Assembly: GCA_964571635.1 (NCBI GenBank)
Contig: CAZNCN010000007.1
Span: 1,096-65,095 of the forward strand
Source: an uncultured Ruminococcus sp.
GTDB lineage: Bacteria; Bacillota; Clostridia; Oscillospirales; CAG-382
Direction: 5' to 3'
DNA: 64,000 nucleotides
The translations under genes were made by a program, and so were the position numbers. Each line of letters begins with the position of its first letter. The first letter of the stretch is position 1. This document shows, piece by piece, positions 1 through 10,700 of the stretch. The notes under the pieces were generated by a model, which did no database searches, was not told the origin of the DNA, and was given only the letters and a program-made list of their open reading frames with translations.

Positions 1-62
1 TTTGCTTAAAAAAGCGAAAAAAACCAAAAAATTGCATATGCTTTTATTGAATACCCGCTATT

Positions 63-827
63 TTAAGCTTTCAGGCGATAAAAATCGCATGCGTTTTGTT
101 CTGTGATGCGTTCTGCTTCGTCAAAAGACACGCCCTTTAGCTCGGCGATCTTCTGCAAAACATATGTGATATAATCGGATCTGTTGCGCTTGCCCCTGTT
201 GGGAACAGGCGTGAGATATGGGCAGTCTGTTTCTGTCAGCAGTCTGTCGAACGGGACATAAGCGACCACCTCCGGCAATACTCTGGCGTTCTTATAGGTC
301 AGCACCCCGCCGACAGAGATATACCAGCCTGCGTCAAGCAGCAGTTTTGCGGTCTCCAAAGAGCCCGAAAAGCAGTGAAACATGCCTATAAGTCCCTTGT
401 GTGCAAGCGTCATTGAAATGCAGTCTGCGTGTGCTTCGCGGTCGTGTATGACGACCCTCGCACCGATCTTTTGAGCCAGCGAAAGCTGTGCGTCAAACAC
501 CTCCATCTGCTTTTCTCTCGGCGCATAGTCCTCGTGATAATAATCAAGCCCTATCTCGCCGATGGCGACAGCCTTTTCGTCACGCATGAGCTCCTCAAGC
601 TCGTCTGTCCAGCCCTCCTGCAGGCTGCCTGCACCGCAGGGATGCACACCGACAGAAGCATATACGCCGTCATAGCGGTGTGCAAGCGCTAAAGAAGTGC
701 GTGATGATTCGAGATCGCAGCCCGAGTTGACAATGCCGCTGACACCGTTTGCAAAAAGCTCGTGAATGAGCGAGTCACGGTCTGTGTCGAACGCCCTGTC
801 GTCGTAGTGTGCGTGACAGTCGAACAT
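63..827 (-). CDS. TatD-family metal-dependent hydrolase/DNase
   Basis: 254-aa ORF. It has an N-terminal 'FDCHAHYDD' HxH metal site and later 'VIHDREAH' and 'LLTETDCPYL' blocks typical of TatD/YabD. Its ATG directly follows the metG stop (TAA-ATG), the usual Firmicute metG-tatD pairing. Confidence 0.85.
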   Translation of the reverse strand: MFDCHAHYDDRAFDTDRDSLIHELFANGVSGIVNSGCDLESSRTSLALAHRYDGVYASVGVHPCGAGSLQEGWTDELEELMRDEKAVAIGEIGLDYYHEDYAPREKQMEVFDAQLSLAQKIGARVVIHDREAHADCISMTLAHKGLIGMFHCFSGSLETAKLLLDAGWYISVGGVLTYKNARVLPEVVAYVPFDRLLTETDCPYLTPVPNRGKRNRSDYITYVLQKIAELKGVSFDEAERITEQNACDFYRLKA

Positions 828-2753
828 TTATCTCACCTTGCTTCCGACAGGCACGGAATCGTCAACGAACAGTACCTTTACGCCACCGTTGCCGTCGTCG
901 CTTGCAAGTATCATGCCGCTGCTCTTTACACCGCGCAAAACGGCAGACTTGAGGTTCTCGACCAAAACGACCTTTTTGCCCACGAGCTGCTCGCAGGTAT
1001 AATGCTTTGCGATGCCAGATGCGACCTGGCGCTTTTCTGTGCCGATGTCGACAGTTAATTTATAAAGCTTGTCTGACTTGGGCACAGGCTCGCACTCGGT
1101 TATCTGACCGACAACCAGACTTACCTTGCCGAAATCGTCTATCGAGATCTTGCCCTCCTCTGCCTTGCGCTCTGCCTCGGCTTCACGCTCTTTGATCATC
1201 TTGTCGAACGCATTTTTGTCTATGCGCTTGAAAAGCAGGGGAGTTTCGCCAAGGCAGTTGCCCTCGGCATTATAAACGAATGTGCCCATGTTGTCGTATC
1301 CCATGTCGGTATAGCCAAAGCAGTCGACAACCTTTTTGACTGAATCGGGGATGAAGGGCGTCAGCAGAATTATGCCGCTGCGTATGCCCTCGACAAGGTC
1401 AGCCATGACTGTTGCCAGGGCATCGCCGTTTGCCTGCATATCGCGTGCAAGCACCCACGGAGCGGTGTCGTCAATATATTTGTTGCAGAGCTTGAATACC
1501 GCCATGATGTGCTCGGTAGCATCTGCATAGGCGTATTTTTCCATAAGCGCAAGCGCTGTTTTTGCTTCTTCTGCTATAGCTTTTTCGAGTGCGCTCGAAA
1601 GCTCGCCACGCTCCTTAACGCTCGGCACATTTCCGCCGAAGTATTGCTTGATCATCGAAGCGGTGCGCGAAACGAGGTTGCCGAAAATATTGGCAAGCTC
1701 GGTGTTGGTTCTGGTGATTATCGCATCATACGAGATGTTGCCGTCGTTTTGCAGTCCGAGCTCTGCCAACAGATAATATCTTATCGCATCGAGTCCGAAA
1801 AGCTCGATCAGATCGTCACCATAGAGCAGATTACCCTTTGATTTGCTCATCTTGTCGTTGTTCATGAGCAGCCATGGGTGACCGAGCACTGTCTTTGGCA
1901 GCGGCTCGCCGAGTGCGAGCAGGAATATGGGCCAATAGATTGTGTGGAATCTGACGACGTCCTTGCCTATGACGTGCAGATCGGCAGGCCAGTATTTTTT
2001 ATAAAGCTCAGAGGGGTTCTCGGTGTCGTATCCGAGCGCCGAAATATAGTTGGGCAGTGCGTCCATCCAAACATAAACGACATGCTTGGGGTCAAAATCG
2101 ACAGGAACGCCCCAGGTGAATGATGTGCGCGACACGCACAGATCCTGCAAGCCGGGCTTGATGAAGTTGTTGACCATCTCGTTCTTGCGGGACTCGGGAA
2201 TGAAAAAGTCGGGGTCGCTCTCATAATATTCAATGAGCTTGTCGGCGTATTTTGAAAGCTTGAAGAAATAAGCCTCTTCGGATGCCCTCGTGACCTTGGC
2301 ACCGCAATCGGGGCAGCAGCCGTCTACAAGCTGTGTATCTGTCCAGAAGGATTCGCACGGGGTGCAATAATTGCCCTCATACGAAGATTTGTATATATCG
2401 CCCTGTTCATAAAGCTTTTTGAATATCTGCTGTATAACCTTGATATGCTCTTCGTCTGTCGTGCGTATGAATTTGTCATACGAGATCTCAAATTTATCCC
2501 ACAGATCTCTGATAACGCCCGAAACATTGTCGACATATTGCTTTGGCGTGACGCCTGCGGCCTTTGCCTTTTGCTCTATTTTGATGCCGTGCTCGTCGGT
2601 GCCGGTCAAAAAGAACACGTCATAGCCTGCCAAACGCTTTTGGCGTGCTATCGCATCGGTCAATACAGCCTCGTACACGTTGCCAACATGAGGCTTTGCC
2701 GAGGTATATGGTATTGCCGTGGTAATATAAAATTTCTGTTTGTTAGTTGCCAT
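828..2753 (-). CDS. metG: methionine--tRNA ligase with C-terminal tRNA-binding domain
   Basis: 641-aa ORF with class I motifs 'PHVGNVYE' (HIGH-type) and 'KMSKSKGN' and a Cys knuckle 'CTPCE..CPDCG'. The C-terminus is a Trbp111/EMAP-like OB fold ('LVVGQITECEPVPKSDKLYKLTVDIG'). Confidence 0.95.
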   Translation of the reverse strand: MATNKQKFYITTAIPYTSAKPHVGNVYEAVLTDAIARQKRLAGYDVFFLTGTDEHGIKIEQKAKAAGVTPKQYVDNVSGVIRDLWDKFEISYDKFIRTTDEEHIKVIQQIFKKLYEQGDIYKSSYEGNYCTPCESFWTDTQLVDGCCPDCGAKVTRASEEAYFFKLSKYADKLIEYYESDPDFFIPESRKNEMVNNFIKPGLQDLCVSRTSFTWGVPVDFDPKHVVYVWMDALPNYISALGYDTENPSELYKKYWPADLHVIGKDVVRFHTIYWPIFLLALGEPLPKTVLGHPWLLMNNDKMSKSKGNLLYGDDLIELFGLDAIRYYLLAELGLQNDGNISYDAIITRTNTELANIFGNLVSRTASMIKQYFGGNVPSVKERGELSSALEKAIAEEAKTALALMEKYAYADATEHIMAVFKLCNKYIDDTAPWVLARDMQANGDALATVMADLVEGIRSGIILLTPFIPDSVKKVVDCFGYTDMGYDNMGTFVYNAEGNCLGETPLLFKRIDKNAFDKMIKEREAEAERKAEEGKISIDDFGKVSLVVGQITECEPVPKSDKLYKLTVDIGTEKRQVASGIAKHYTCEQLVGKKVVLVENLKSAVLRGVKSSGMILASDDGNGGVKVLFVDDSVPVGSKVR

Positions 2754-3246
2754 TTATATCTTCCTCCTTGTCGTTGCCTGCTTTGCTTTTGCGCAATTTT
2801 GCAAAAAAGCTCGAGAGCATTTCAGAGCATTCTTCGCCCAAAACGCCGCCTGTAACGTCGCATTTGTGGTTTAATTCGAGCTTGTCGATGCCGATCGTGG
2901 TATAAGCACCGAACCGCCTTTCGGTCGAGCCGTAAACGACACGCTCGATGCGTGAAGCGACTATCGCACCCGCACACATCACACACGGTTCGTGCGTAAC
3001 ATACAGCGTGCAGCCTTCGAGGCGCCAGCTGCCGCACCTGCGGCACGCCTTGCTTATCGCTTCTATCTCGGCGTGGCACAAAGCACTCTGATTTTTTTCG
3101 CGCCTGTTGCGCCCCCACGAAAGCACATCGCCATCCTTGACGATAACTGCGCCTATGGGCACCTCACCGTATCTTTCTGCAAGCCTTGCATAGCGCATGG
3201 CTGTGCGCATAAACCTTTCGTCAGTTATTCCGATCATTTCAGTCAT
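2743..3246 (-). CDS. tadA: tRNA-specific adenosine deaminase
   Basis: 167-aa ORF with deaminase zinc motifs 'CHAEIEAI' and 'PCVMCAGA'. It overlaps the metG start by 11 nt. Confidence 0.9.
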   Translation of the reverse strand: MTEMIGITDERFMRTAMRYARLAERYGEVPIGAVIVKDGDVLSWGRNRREKNQSALCHAEIEAISKACRRCGSWRLEGCTLYVTHEPCVMCAGAIVASRIERVVYGSTERRFGAYTTIGIDKLELNHKCDVTGGVLGEECSEMLSSFFAKLRKSKAGNDKEEDINGN

Positions 3247-4265
3247 TGATAATACCTGCTTATAAGCGATACGGCATATGCGGCGCAGAATATCGCCGTC
3301 GCATATGCACTCCTGCTCAGCAACTGCTTTGCTGCATCGCCGAGCGTGCGATATGAGCCGTCTGGCGGGGGAGCGAGGTCGATCAGCCTTCTCCTTTTGC
3401 TTGCACGTATTACAAGCACCGTGCCATATGTTAAAGCGAACGCCATTATCGCAAAAACCACCATGCCGAACATACCAAGCACTATAATATCATCTTCTCC
3501 GTAAATTTGCAACAGGTAAGTTACTGCAGATGATATGGCATTATTTAAAAAATGTATCAAAGCGCCCCACCAGATGCTGCCGGTCTGCGCATAAAGCTCT
3601 CCTATGAGCAAGCCCATAGCTGTTGCAAATATCGCCTGTATCGGATTGACGTGTGTCAGTCCGAAAAGCACTGCTGATATCACCAGTGCCTGCGTCCTGC
3701 CATACGGCATAAGTGCACCCATTATCACGCCGCGGAACATTATCTCCTCGGCTATCGCAGGCAACACGGCTATATAAACAAAATAAAGTATCGTGCCCGG
3801 CACTGTAGAGGGCAAAAACCCTGCTTCTGTTTCTATAAATATGCTTGATTCACCAAACAAAAGACTTGCCGCAAGAGAGGCAAAATAGCCCATTCCTATA
3901 GCAAAAGGAATATAAGCAAAAATATTAACTTCGGGCTTTTTGCCCGGCGAAGCGCACACTGCTTTGGGCGTTCTGCGGCGAGCAAGGCAAAGAGGCAATG
4001 TCGGCAGCAGTATCGCGAGCGCCGAAAGAATTATCGATGCGAGCATTGAAACCGTCTCGCGCACTGCATTTTCGTTTTGCGGAGAGGGGTCTATTATTTC
4101 TATCAAAGAAAGCAATGGCTCTCTCAAAAGATCATATATAGGGTCGAGTGCAAAGATAAGAGCCAGACAAAAGGCTACGGACAAAAATGCTAAAGACAAC
4201 GTGCCGGCATAGCGCCGGTCGGTATTTTTGGTTTGTGATAAGATGCTGTTTGTGTATACGTCCAT
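3243..4265 (-). CDS. CPBP-family (CAAX-type) intramembrane protease
   Basis: Polytopic membrane ORF with CPBP motifs 'EEIMFRG', 'LFGLTHV' and 'HFLNN', overlapping tadA by 4 nt. The ORF track extends to a TTG at 4298 that sits in the loop of the hairpin downstream of ppdK, so I prefer the ATG at 4265. Neither start has a clear RBS. Confidence 0.7.
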   Translation of the reverse strand: MDVYTNSILSQTKNTDRRYAGTLSLAFLSVAFCLALIFALDPIYDLLREPLLSLIEIIDPSPQNENAVRETVSMLASIILSALAILLPTLPLCLARRRTPKAVCASPGKKPEVNIFAYIPFAIGMGYFASLAASLLFGESSIFIETEAGFLPSTVPGTILYFVYIAVLPAIAEEIMFRGVIMGALMPYGRTQALVISAVLFGLTHVNPIQAIFATAMGLLIGELYAQTGSIWWGALIHFLNNAISSAVTYLLQIYGEDDIIVLGMFGMVVFAIMAFALTYGTVLVIRASKRRRLIDLAPPPDGSYRTLGDAAKQLLSRSAYATAIFCAAYAVSLISRYYQ

Positions 4266-4283
4266 TTCAAAATTAAAGCCAAG

Positions 4284-4313
4284 CCCCACGGAGTGCAAAT
4301 GCGCTCCGTGGGG
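4284..4313 (-). terminator. hairpin downstream of ppdK (putative terminator)
   Basis: Perfect 10-bp inverted repeat CCCCACGGAG/CTCCGTGGGG with a 10-nt loop, about 40 nt after the ppdK stop. On the minus strand it is followed by an interrupted T-run (CTTGGCTTTAATTTT). Confidence 0.5.
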
Positions 4314-4352
4314 ATAAAGTGGTGAGTATTAAATAGGTATTGCAGAGTGCGA

Positions 4353-6980
4353 TCAGCCGTTGTTCTGCTTGATAGCTGCCTGTGCTGCCGAGAGCCTTGC
4401 GATAGGCACACGGAAGGGTGAGCACGAAACATAGTCAAGTCCTATGCTGTTGCAGAATTCGACCGAAGACGGGTCACCGCCGTGCTCGCCGCAGATGCCG
4501 ACCTTGAGGTCGGGGCGGGTCGAGCGTCCGAGCTCGGTTGCCATCTTCATAAGCTTGCCGACACCTGTCTGGTCAAGCTTTGCAAAGGGATCGTTCTCAT
4601 AAATCTTGTTCGAGTAGTAAGAGGGCAGGAATTTGCCTGCATCGTCACGGCTGAAGCCGAATGTCATCTGCGTAAGGTCGTTAGTGCCGAACGAGAAGAA
4701 TTCTGCTTCTTTTGCGACGTCGTCGGCAGTGAGTGCCGCACGGGGGATCTCGATCATCGTGCCGACCTTATAGTGCATATCGCTGCCTGCTGCGGCAAGC
4801 TCTGCATCTGCAGTTGCAACGACTGTGGTCTTGACGAATGCCAGCTCCTTGACTTCGCCTACCAACGGTATCATGATCTCGGGCACGATGTGCCAATCTG
4901 GATGAGCCTGCTGCACGTTGAGAGCGGCGCGTATAACGGCCTTTGTCTGCATTGCTGCGATCTCGGGGTAAGTGACAGCCAGACGGCATCCTCTGTGACC
5001 CATCATCGGGTTGAATTCGTGCAGCGAAGCGATTATAGCGTTGACGGCATCAACAGTCTTGCCTGTGGTCTTTGCCAGCTTCTCTATGTCCTCGGCCTCG
5101 GTGGGAACAAACTCGTGGAGAGGGGGATCAAGGAATCTGATGGTGATAGGGTTGCCCTGCATTGCCTCATAAAGAGTTTCAAAATCGTGCTGCTGCAGAG
5201 GCAATATCTTTTCGAGTGCTGCCTCACGTGCTTCGACGGTATCGGCACAGATCATCTCACGGATCTCTGCGATCTTGTCAAAGAACATATGCTCGGTGCG
5301 GCAAAGTCCTATGCCTTCTGCGCCGAGCTCATAAGCCTTGCGGGCGTCTCTCTCGGTGTCGGCATTGGTGCGTACCTTGAGCCTGCGATATTTGTCAGCC
5401 CAAGCCATGATGCGGCCGAATTCTCCGCCGATCTCTGCGTCAACGGTGGGAATAAGTCCCTTGTATATCTTGCCTGTCGAGCCGTCTATCGAAATCTCGT
5501 CGCCCTCTGCGAAATGAACTCCGCCGAGCTCAAAGACCTTTTTGTCCTCGTCGATGTTTATCTGAGTGCAGCCCGAAACACAGCAAGTGCCCATGCCTCT
5601 TGCGACGACTGCTGCGTGGCTGGTCATGCCGCCGCGAACTGTCAGTATGCCTTGCGAAGCCTTCATGCCCTCGATGTCCTCGGGCGAAGTTTCAAGACGA
5701 ACGAGCACGACCTTTTCGCCACGCTCCTTCCATTCCTTGGCATCCTTGGCGGTGAAAACTATGCGACCTGCGGCAGCGCCGGGCGATGCGGCAAGACCTT
5801 CGCCGAGAGGCTGAGTCTCTTTGATGACCTTGGCGTCAAACTGCGGATGCAGCAAAGTGTCGAGGTTGCGGGGGTCTATCATCAGCAATGCTTCCTGCTC
5901 GGTGCGCATTCCCTCATCAACGAGGTCGCAGGCGATGGTGAGCGCAGCTTTTGCGGTACGCTTGCCGCTGCGGGTCTGAAGCATATAAAGCTTTTTGTCC
6001 TCGATGGTGAACTCCATGTCTTGCATGTCGCGGTAATGCTGCTCAAGTATATTGCATATGCGGGTGAACTCTTCATATACATCCGGCATTGCTTCTGCCA
6101 TGTGGCTGATCTTGAAGGGGGTGCGAACGCCTGCGACGACATCTTCGCCCTGAGCGTTCATAAGATATTCGCCCATGAGCTCTTTTGCGCCTGTTGCGGG
6201 GTTGCGGGTGAATGCAACGCCGGTGCCCGAGGTTTCGCCCATATTGCCGAATACCATCATCTGGATATTGACTGCTGTGCCCCAGCTGTAGGGGATGTCG
6301 TTGTCACGACGATATACGTTGGCACGCTCGTTGTCCCAGCTGCGGAAAACAGCCTCGATAGCACCGAACAATTGCTCGATGGGATCGTCGGGGAACGGCT
6401 TGCCGACCTTTTGCAGATATTCTGCTTTATATTTGACGACGAGGTTCTGCAGATCCTCGGGAGTCATTTCTGTGTCAAGAGTGATGCCTCTCTGCTCTTT
6501 GAGCTCGTCGATGAGAGCTTCGAAATATTTTTTGCCGACCTCCATAACGACGTCGGAATACATTTGGATAAATCTGCGATAGCAGTCCCAAGCCCATCTC
6601 GGGTTGCCGCTCTTTGCGGCGATGGTGTTGACGACCTCTTCGTTAAGTCCGAGGTTAAGAATGGTGTCCATCATGCCGGGCATAGATGCTCTTGCACCGG
6701 ATCTGACAGAAACAAGCAGCGGGTTTTGCTTGTCGCCAAACTTTTTGCCCGTGACTTCCTCCATCTTCTTGATATAGTCGAGCACCTCTGCTCTGATTTC
6801 GGGGCTTATGCTTCTGCCGTCGTTATAATATTGAGTGCAGGCTTCAGTAGAAATGGTAAAGCCTTGAGGGACGGGCAGCCCCAGATTGGTCATTTCTGCA
6901 AGATTAGCGCCTTTGCCGCCGAGCAGCTCACGCATATTTGCATTGCCTTCGGTAAAAAGATAACAGTACTTTTTTGACAT
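4353..6980 (-). CDS. ppdK: pyruvate, phosphate dikinase
   Basis: 875-aa ORF with the phosphohistidine swivel motif 'GGMTSHAAVVARGMG' and the PEP-utilising C-terminal block 'GICGEHGGDPSS'. Full-length PPDK architecture. Confidence 0.95.
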   Translation of the reverse strand: MSKKYCYLFTEGNANMRELLGGKGANLAEMTNLGLPVPQGFTISTEACTQYYNDGRSISPEIRAEVLDYIKKMEEVTGKKFGDKQNPLLVSVRSGARASMPGMMDTILNLGLNEEVVNTIAAKSGNPRWAWDCYRRFIQMYSDVVMEVGKKYFEALIDELKEQRGITLDTEMTPEDLQNLVVKYKAEYLQKVGKPFPDDPIEQLFGAIEAVFRSWDNERANVYRRDNDIPYSWGTAVNIQMMVFGNMGETSGTGVAFTRNPATGAKELMGEYLMNAQGEDVVAGVRTPFKISHMAEAMPDVYEEFTRICNILEQHYRDMQDMEFTIEDKKLYMLQTRSGKRTAKAALTIACDLVDEGMRTEQEALLMIDPRNLDTLLHPQFDAKVIKETQPLGEGLAASPGAAAGRIVFTAKDAKEWKERGEKVVLVRLETSPEDIEGMKASQGILTVRGGMTSHAAVVARGMGTCCVSGCTQINIDEDKKVFELGGVHFAEGDEISIDGSTGKIYKGLIPTVDAEIGGEFGRIMAWADKYRRLKVRTNADTERDARKAYELGAEGIGLCRTEHMFFDKIAEIREMICADTVEAREAALEKILPLQQHDFETLYEAMQGNPITIRFLDPPLHEFVPTEAEDIEKLAKTTGKTVDAVNAIIASLHEFNPMMGHRGCRLAVTYPEIAAMQTKAVIRAALNVQQAHPDWHIVPEIMIPLVGEVKELAFVKTTVVATADAELAAAGSDMHYKVGTMIEIPRAALTADDVAKEAEFFSFGTNDLTQMTFGFSRDDAGKFLPSYYSNKIYENDPFAKLDQTGVGKLMKMATELGRSTRPDLKVGICGEHGGDPSSVEFCNSIGLDYVSCSPFRVPIARLSAAQAAIKQNNG

Positions 6981-7015
6981 ACGCAGTCATATCCTCCAAA
7001 TTAGTTTTATGCTTT

Positions 7016-7043
7016 ATTATACCACAGATTTGAAATTTGGCAA
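7016..7043 (-). promoter_or_regulatory. sigma-A-type promoter for ppdK
   Basis: The minus strand reads TTGCCA, a 16-nt spacer, then TATAAT preceded by TGG (extended -10). A GGAGGA RBS follows before the ATG at 6980. Confidence 0.65.
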
Positions 7044-7082
7044 GTATTTTTTGGCAATATGTGCAAAAAAACCTCGCCGTGC

Positions 7083-7111
7083 TTGACAAAAATGCGTTTG
7101 CGGTATAAAAT
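7083..7111 (+). promoter_or_regulatory. sigma-A-type promoter for pth-mfd
   Basis: TTGACA (7083-7088), a 17-nt spacer, then TAAAAT (7106-7111). Its position makes the ORF-track start at 7115 implausible. Confidence 0.55.
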
Positions 7112-7144
7112 AACATGATTTTTAAAAGGCGGAGGTCGGTTATA

Positions 7145-7738
7145 ATGCTGTTTGGAGCGTCTTCACAGAAAATAGAATATATAATTGCAGGGCTCGGCAA
7201 TCCCGGTCTGCAGTATGCGGCGACGCGTCACAACGTTGGATTTATGGCTGTTGACAGCATTGCAAAGCATTATGATGCCAAGCTCGACAAATTAAAGCAC
7301 AAGGCGCTCACAGGCAGGTGCGTGATAAACGGCAGGGGAGTTTTGCTCTTAAAGCCGCAGACGTTTATGAACCTTTCGGGCGAGGCGATAGCTGATGCCG
7401 CAAGGTTTTATAAAGTTCCGCCACAGAATATAATAGTCATATTCGATGACTGCAGCCTGCCGATAGGCTCGCACAGAATGCGCCTCAAGGGCAGTGCAGG
7501 CGGTCATAACGGCATAAAAAGCATTATATCATGCCTCGGCACAGATGCTTTTCCTCGTTTCAAGGTCGGCATAGGCGAAAAGCCGTACCCCGACATGGAT
7601 CTTGCCGACTATGTTCTCGGCAACATTCCATTGCCCGACTCGGATAAGATCGCAGAGGGCTTTGAGGATCTGCCGCCGGCAATCGAGCTTTTTATCTCGG
7701 GCAATTCCGAAAAAGCCATGAGCAGGTATAATAAATGA
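7145..7738 (+). CDS. pth: peptidyl-tRNA hydrolase
   Basis: Carries 'IIAGLGNPG' and 'TRHNVGF' Pth motifs. The ATG at 7145 is preceded by GGAGG at 7130-7134. The track start at 7115 lies only 4 nt after the -10 box. Confidence 0.9.
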   Translation: MLFGASSQKIEYIIAGLGNPGLQYAATRHNVGFMAVDSIAKHYDAKLDKLKHKALTGRCVINGRGVLLLKPQTFMNLSGEAIADAARFYKVPPQNIIVIFDDCSLPIGSHRMRLKGSAGGHNGIKSIISCLGTDAFPRFKVGIGEKPYPDMDLADYVLGNIPLPDSDKIAEGFEDLPPAIELFISGNSEKAMSRYNK

Positions 7739-10700
7739 ATTATATTTACGATTATTTCAGACGCGATAACGAATATTCTGCTCTTATAGACGGCATTAAA
7801 GGCGGTATATCCCCTGCGATCGTCACAGGCGTGTGCGAATCGGCACGTCCGTTTTTTGCAGGTGCGCTCACCGAGGATACAGGCAAGGTCACGCTTATAT
7901 TGGCTGCCGACGAGCGCGAGTGCGAAAAGCTCTGCGACGGCTTGTGCGCCCTCGGACTTGAGGCTGTCGTTTATCCTGCGCGCGACTATGTTTTTGACAA
8001 TATAGGCACTTATTCAAAGGAGTTTGAGCAGCAGCGCATAGCGGCACTTTATGCTGTTTTGTGCAGGACCTGCGATGTCGTGATAACCACACCGGATGCG
8101 GCGGCACAGTATACTATCCCAGCAAAAATTCTGTCAGAGCGTGCGTTTACGCTCGAACGCGGCAAATGTGCTTCGCTCTCCGATATTAAAAAGAAGCTTA
8201 TCGAGTGCGGCTATTCTCAGTGCGAGCTCGTCGAGGGTGCAGGACAGTTTGCCGTAAGGGGCGGCATTCTCGACATATTTACACCACAGAACAAATATCC
8301 GTATCGCATAGACTTTTTCGGCGATGAGATAGATCTGATAGGTGAGTTTGATATTGAAACACAGAGACGCACCGAAAACCACCGCTCGCTGACTGTCCTG
8401 CCATGCCGCGAGGTCATAACGGATGCGGAGTCGTCGCAGCGCATGATGGCGGAGATAGACAGGCTGCTTGCTTCGTCCAAGACCGCAGACAAGATCAAAG
8501 AGACCTTGCATCGCGAGCGCTCTGATCTCGAGGCAGGTATGCAGGTCTCGTTTGCCGACAGATTTTTTACGCTCGTTTATGACAAAAACGAATGTCTGCT
8601 CGATTATCTCGGCAACGGCATTCTCTGCCAGATATACGATACCCAAAAGGTCAAGGAGCGCAAAAAAGCGTTCGACTGGACATATGGTGAGAATATAGAG
8701 TCGCTCGTCAAGAACGGCTGCTGCACATACAAAACGCCTGTATCGGCACTTATGGGTGACGAGTTTTATGCACGCCTGCCTGCAATGACTGTCGCGTGTG
8801 ACATATTCTCGTCCTCGGGCAGGCTGTTGCCGTATAAGGCGCAGTATACACTGGTTGCAGAAACACAAAGCGGCTTCGGCGGCAAGCAGGATGTTATGCT
8901 CGACGAGCTGAAAACTACTGCAACAAAGGATAAGGCGGTGCTCTTGCTCTGCCGCACAAAGCGCAGTGCGGAAATAATGTTTGAAATGCTTGCCGAGCAC
9001 GGATTTACCGTTTCGATGCTGGCAGGCAAGCTGGATAAGGGCTGCGTCACTGTTGGCTATATCGACGACGGTGCGGCATTGCCGTTTGGTTTTTCGTTGC
9101 CAAAGACAGGACTTGTTTTGCTCACTGACCGTGATGCGGCGGCACGCAATACGCCCACCAGACGGCGCAGCAAGGCGGGCAATATTCACAAGGGCGAGCG
9201 TATCGCTTCTTATGCCGATCTTTCTGTCGGCGACATCGTTGTGCATGTCAACCACGGTATAGGCAGATACGAGGGCGTAAAGACGCTTGTCACCGAGGGT
9301 GTTACCCGTGATTACATTAAAATAGTGTACGCCGACAACGGCATACTGTATGTGCCCTGCAATCAGCTCGATATGGTCAGCAAATATGTTTGCGGCGGTG
9401 ACAATGTCAAGCTGTCAAAGATGGGGTCGTCGGAATGGCAAAAGGCAAAGGCAAAGGCACGGCTTGCGGCACAGGACATTGCCAAGGAGCTTATCAGGCT
9501 TTATGCCGAGCGCCAGCAGAAGGAGGGCTTTGCGTTTCCGCCGGATGACGAGATGCAGGAGGAGTTTGAGGCAGGCTTTGAGTATTCCGAGACCGAATGC
9601 CAGATGCGCGCCGCTGCCGAGATAAAGAGCGATATGCAGCAGTCACGTCCGATGGACAGATTGCTTTGCGGCGATGTCGGCTTTGGCAAGACAGAGGTTT
9701 CGCTGCGTGCCGCATTTAAGTGCGTATTCTCGGGCAAGCAGTGTGCGATACTCGTCCCCACGACGATACTCGCCATGCAGCACTATCAGACACTTTTGGC
9801 ACGCTTCAGGGGCTATCCCGTGAATATTGCGATGATGTCACGCTTTGTGACCAAGGCAGAGCAGTCGCGTGTTATAAATGACCTTGCCAAGGGTGCGGTC
9901 GATATAGTTGTCGGCACTCACCGCCTTTTGCAGAAGGATGTCGTGTTTGATGACCTCGGACTCTTGATAGTCGACGAGGAGCAACGCTTTGGTGTCAAGC
10001 ACAAAGAGAGCATAAAGATGCTTGCGCAGAATACCGACGTGCTTACACTTACCGCAACGCCTATCCCGAGAACGCTCAATATGGCGTTGTCCGGCATACG
10101 AGATATGTCGGTGCTTGAAGAAGCTCCCACAGACAGAATGCCTGTGCAGAGCTATGTCCTTGAGCATGATGACGCTGTAATTGACGAGGCTATACGCCGA
10201 GAGCTAAGGCGTGGCGGTCAGGTCTTTTATCTGCATAACAACGTCGACAGCATATACAGCAAGGCAGCAGCGATAGCGCAGAGGTTTCCCGACAGCAATG
10301 TTGCTATCGGACACGGCAAAATGGATAAAGAGGAATTATCCGATGTCTGGTCCGGCATGGTTCAGGGCGAGATAGATATTCTCGTCTGCACGACTATCAT
10401 CGAAACGGGCGTCAATGTCCCGAATGCCAACACGCTAATCATAGAGGATGCCGACCGAATGGGACTCTCGCAGCTTCATCAGATAAGAGGCAGGGTGGGG
10501 CGTTCGTCACGCAAGGCATACGCTTATTTCACCTACCGCCCCGAAAAGATATTGAGCGAGATCGCCACCAAGCGATTGGAGGCAATACGTGAATTCACCG
10601 AATTCGGCTCGGGCTTTAAGATCGCCATGCGCGACCTTGAGTTGCGTGGTGCGGGCAACCTGCTCGGTTCTGAGCAGAGCGGCCATATGGAAGCGATAGG

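Noticed and set aside
4482-6977. 831-aa ORF on the plus strand spanning almost all of ppdK
   Set aside because: It is exactly antisense to a clearly genuine, full-length ppdK and has low-complexity, Cys/Leu/Ala-rich composition. It has no RBS or promoter and no recognisable motif. This is the typical shadow ORF produced by strong GC3 codon bias on the opposite strand.
8134-9255. 373-aa minus-strand ORF inside mfd
   Set aside because: It is antisense to a complete Mfd and has no domain signature, so it is a shadow ORF.
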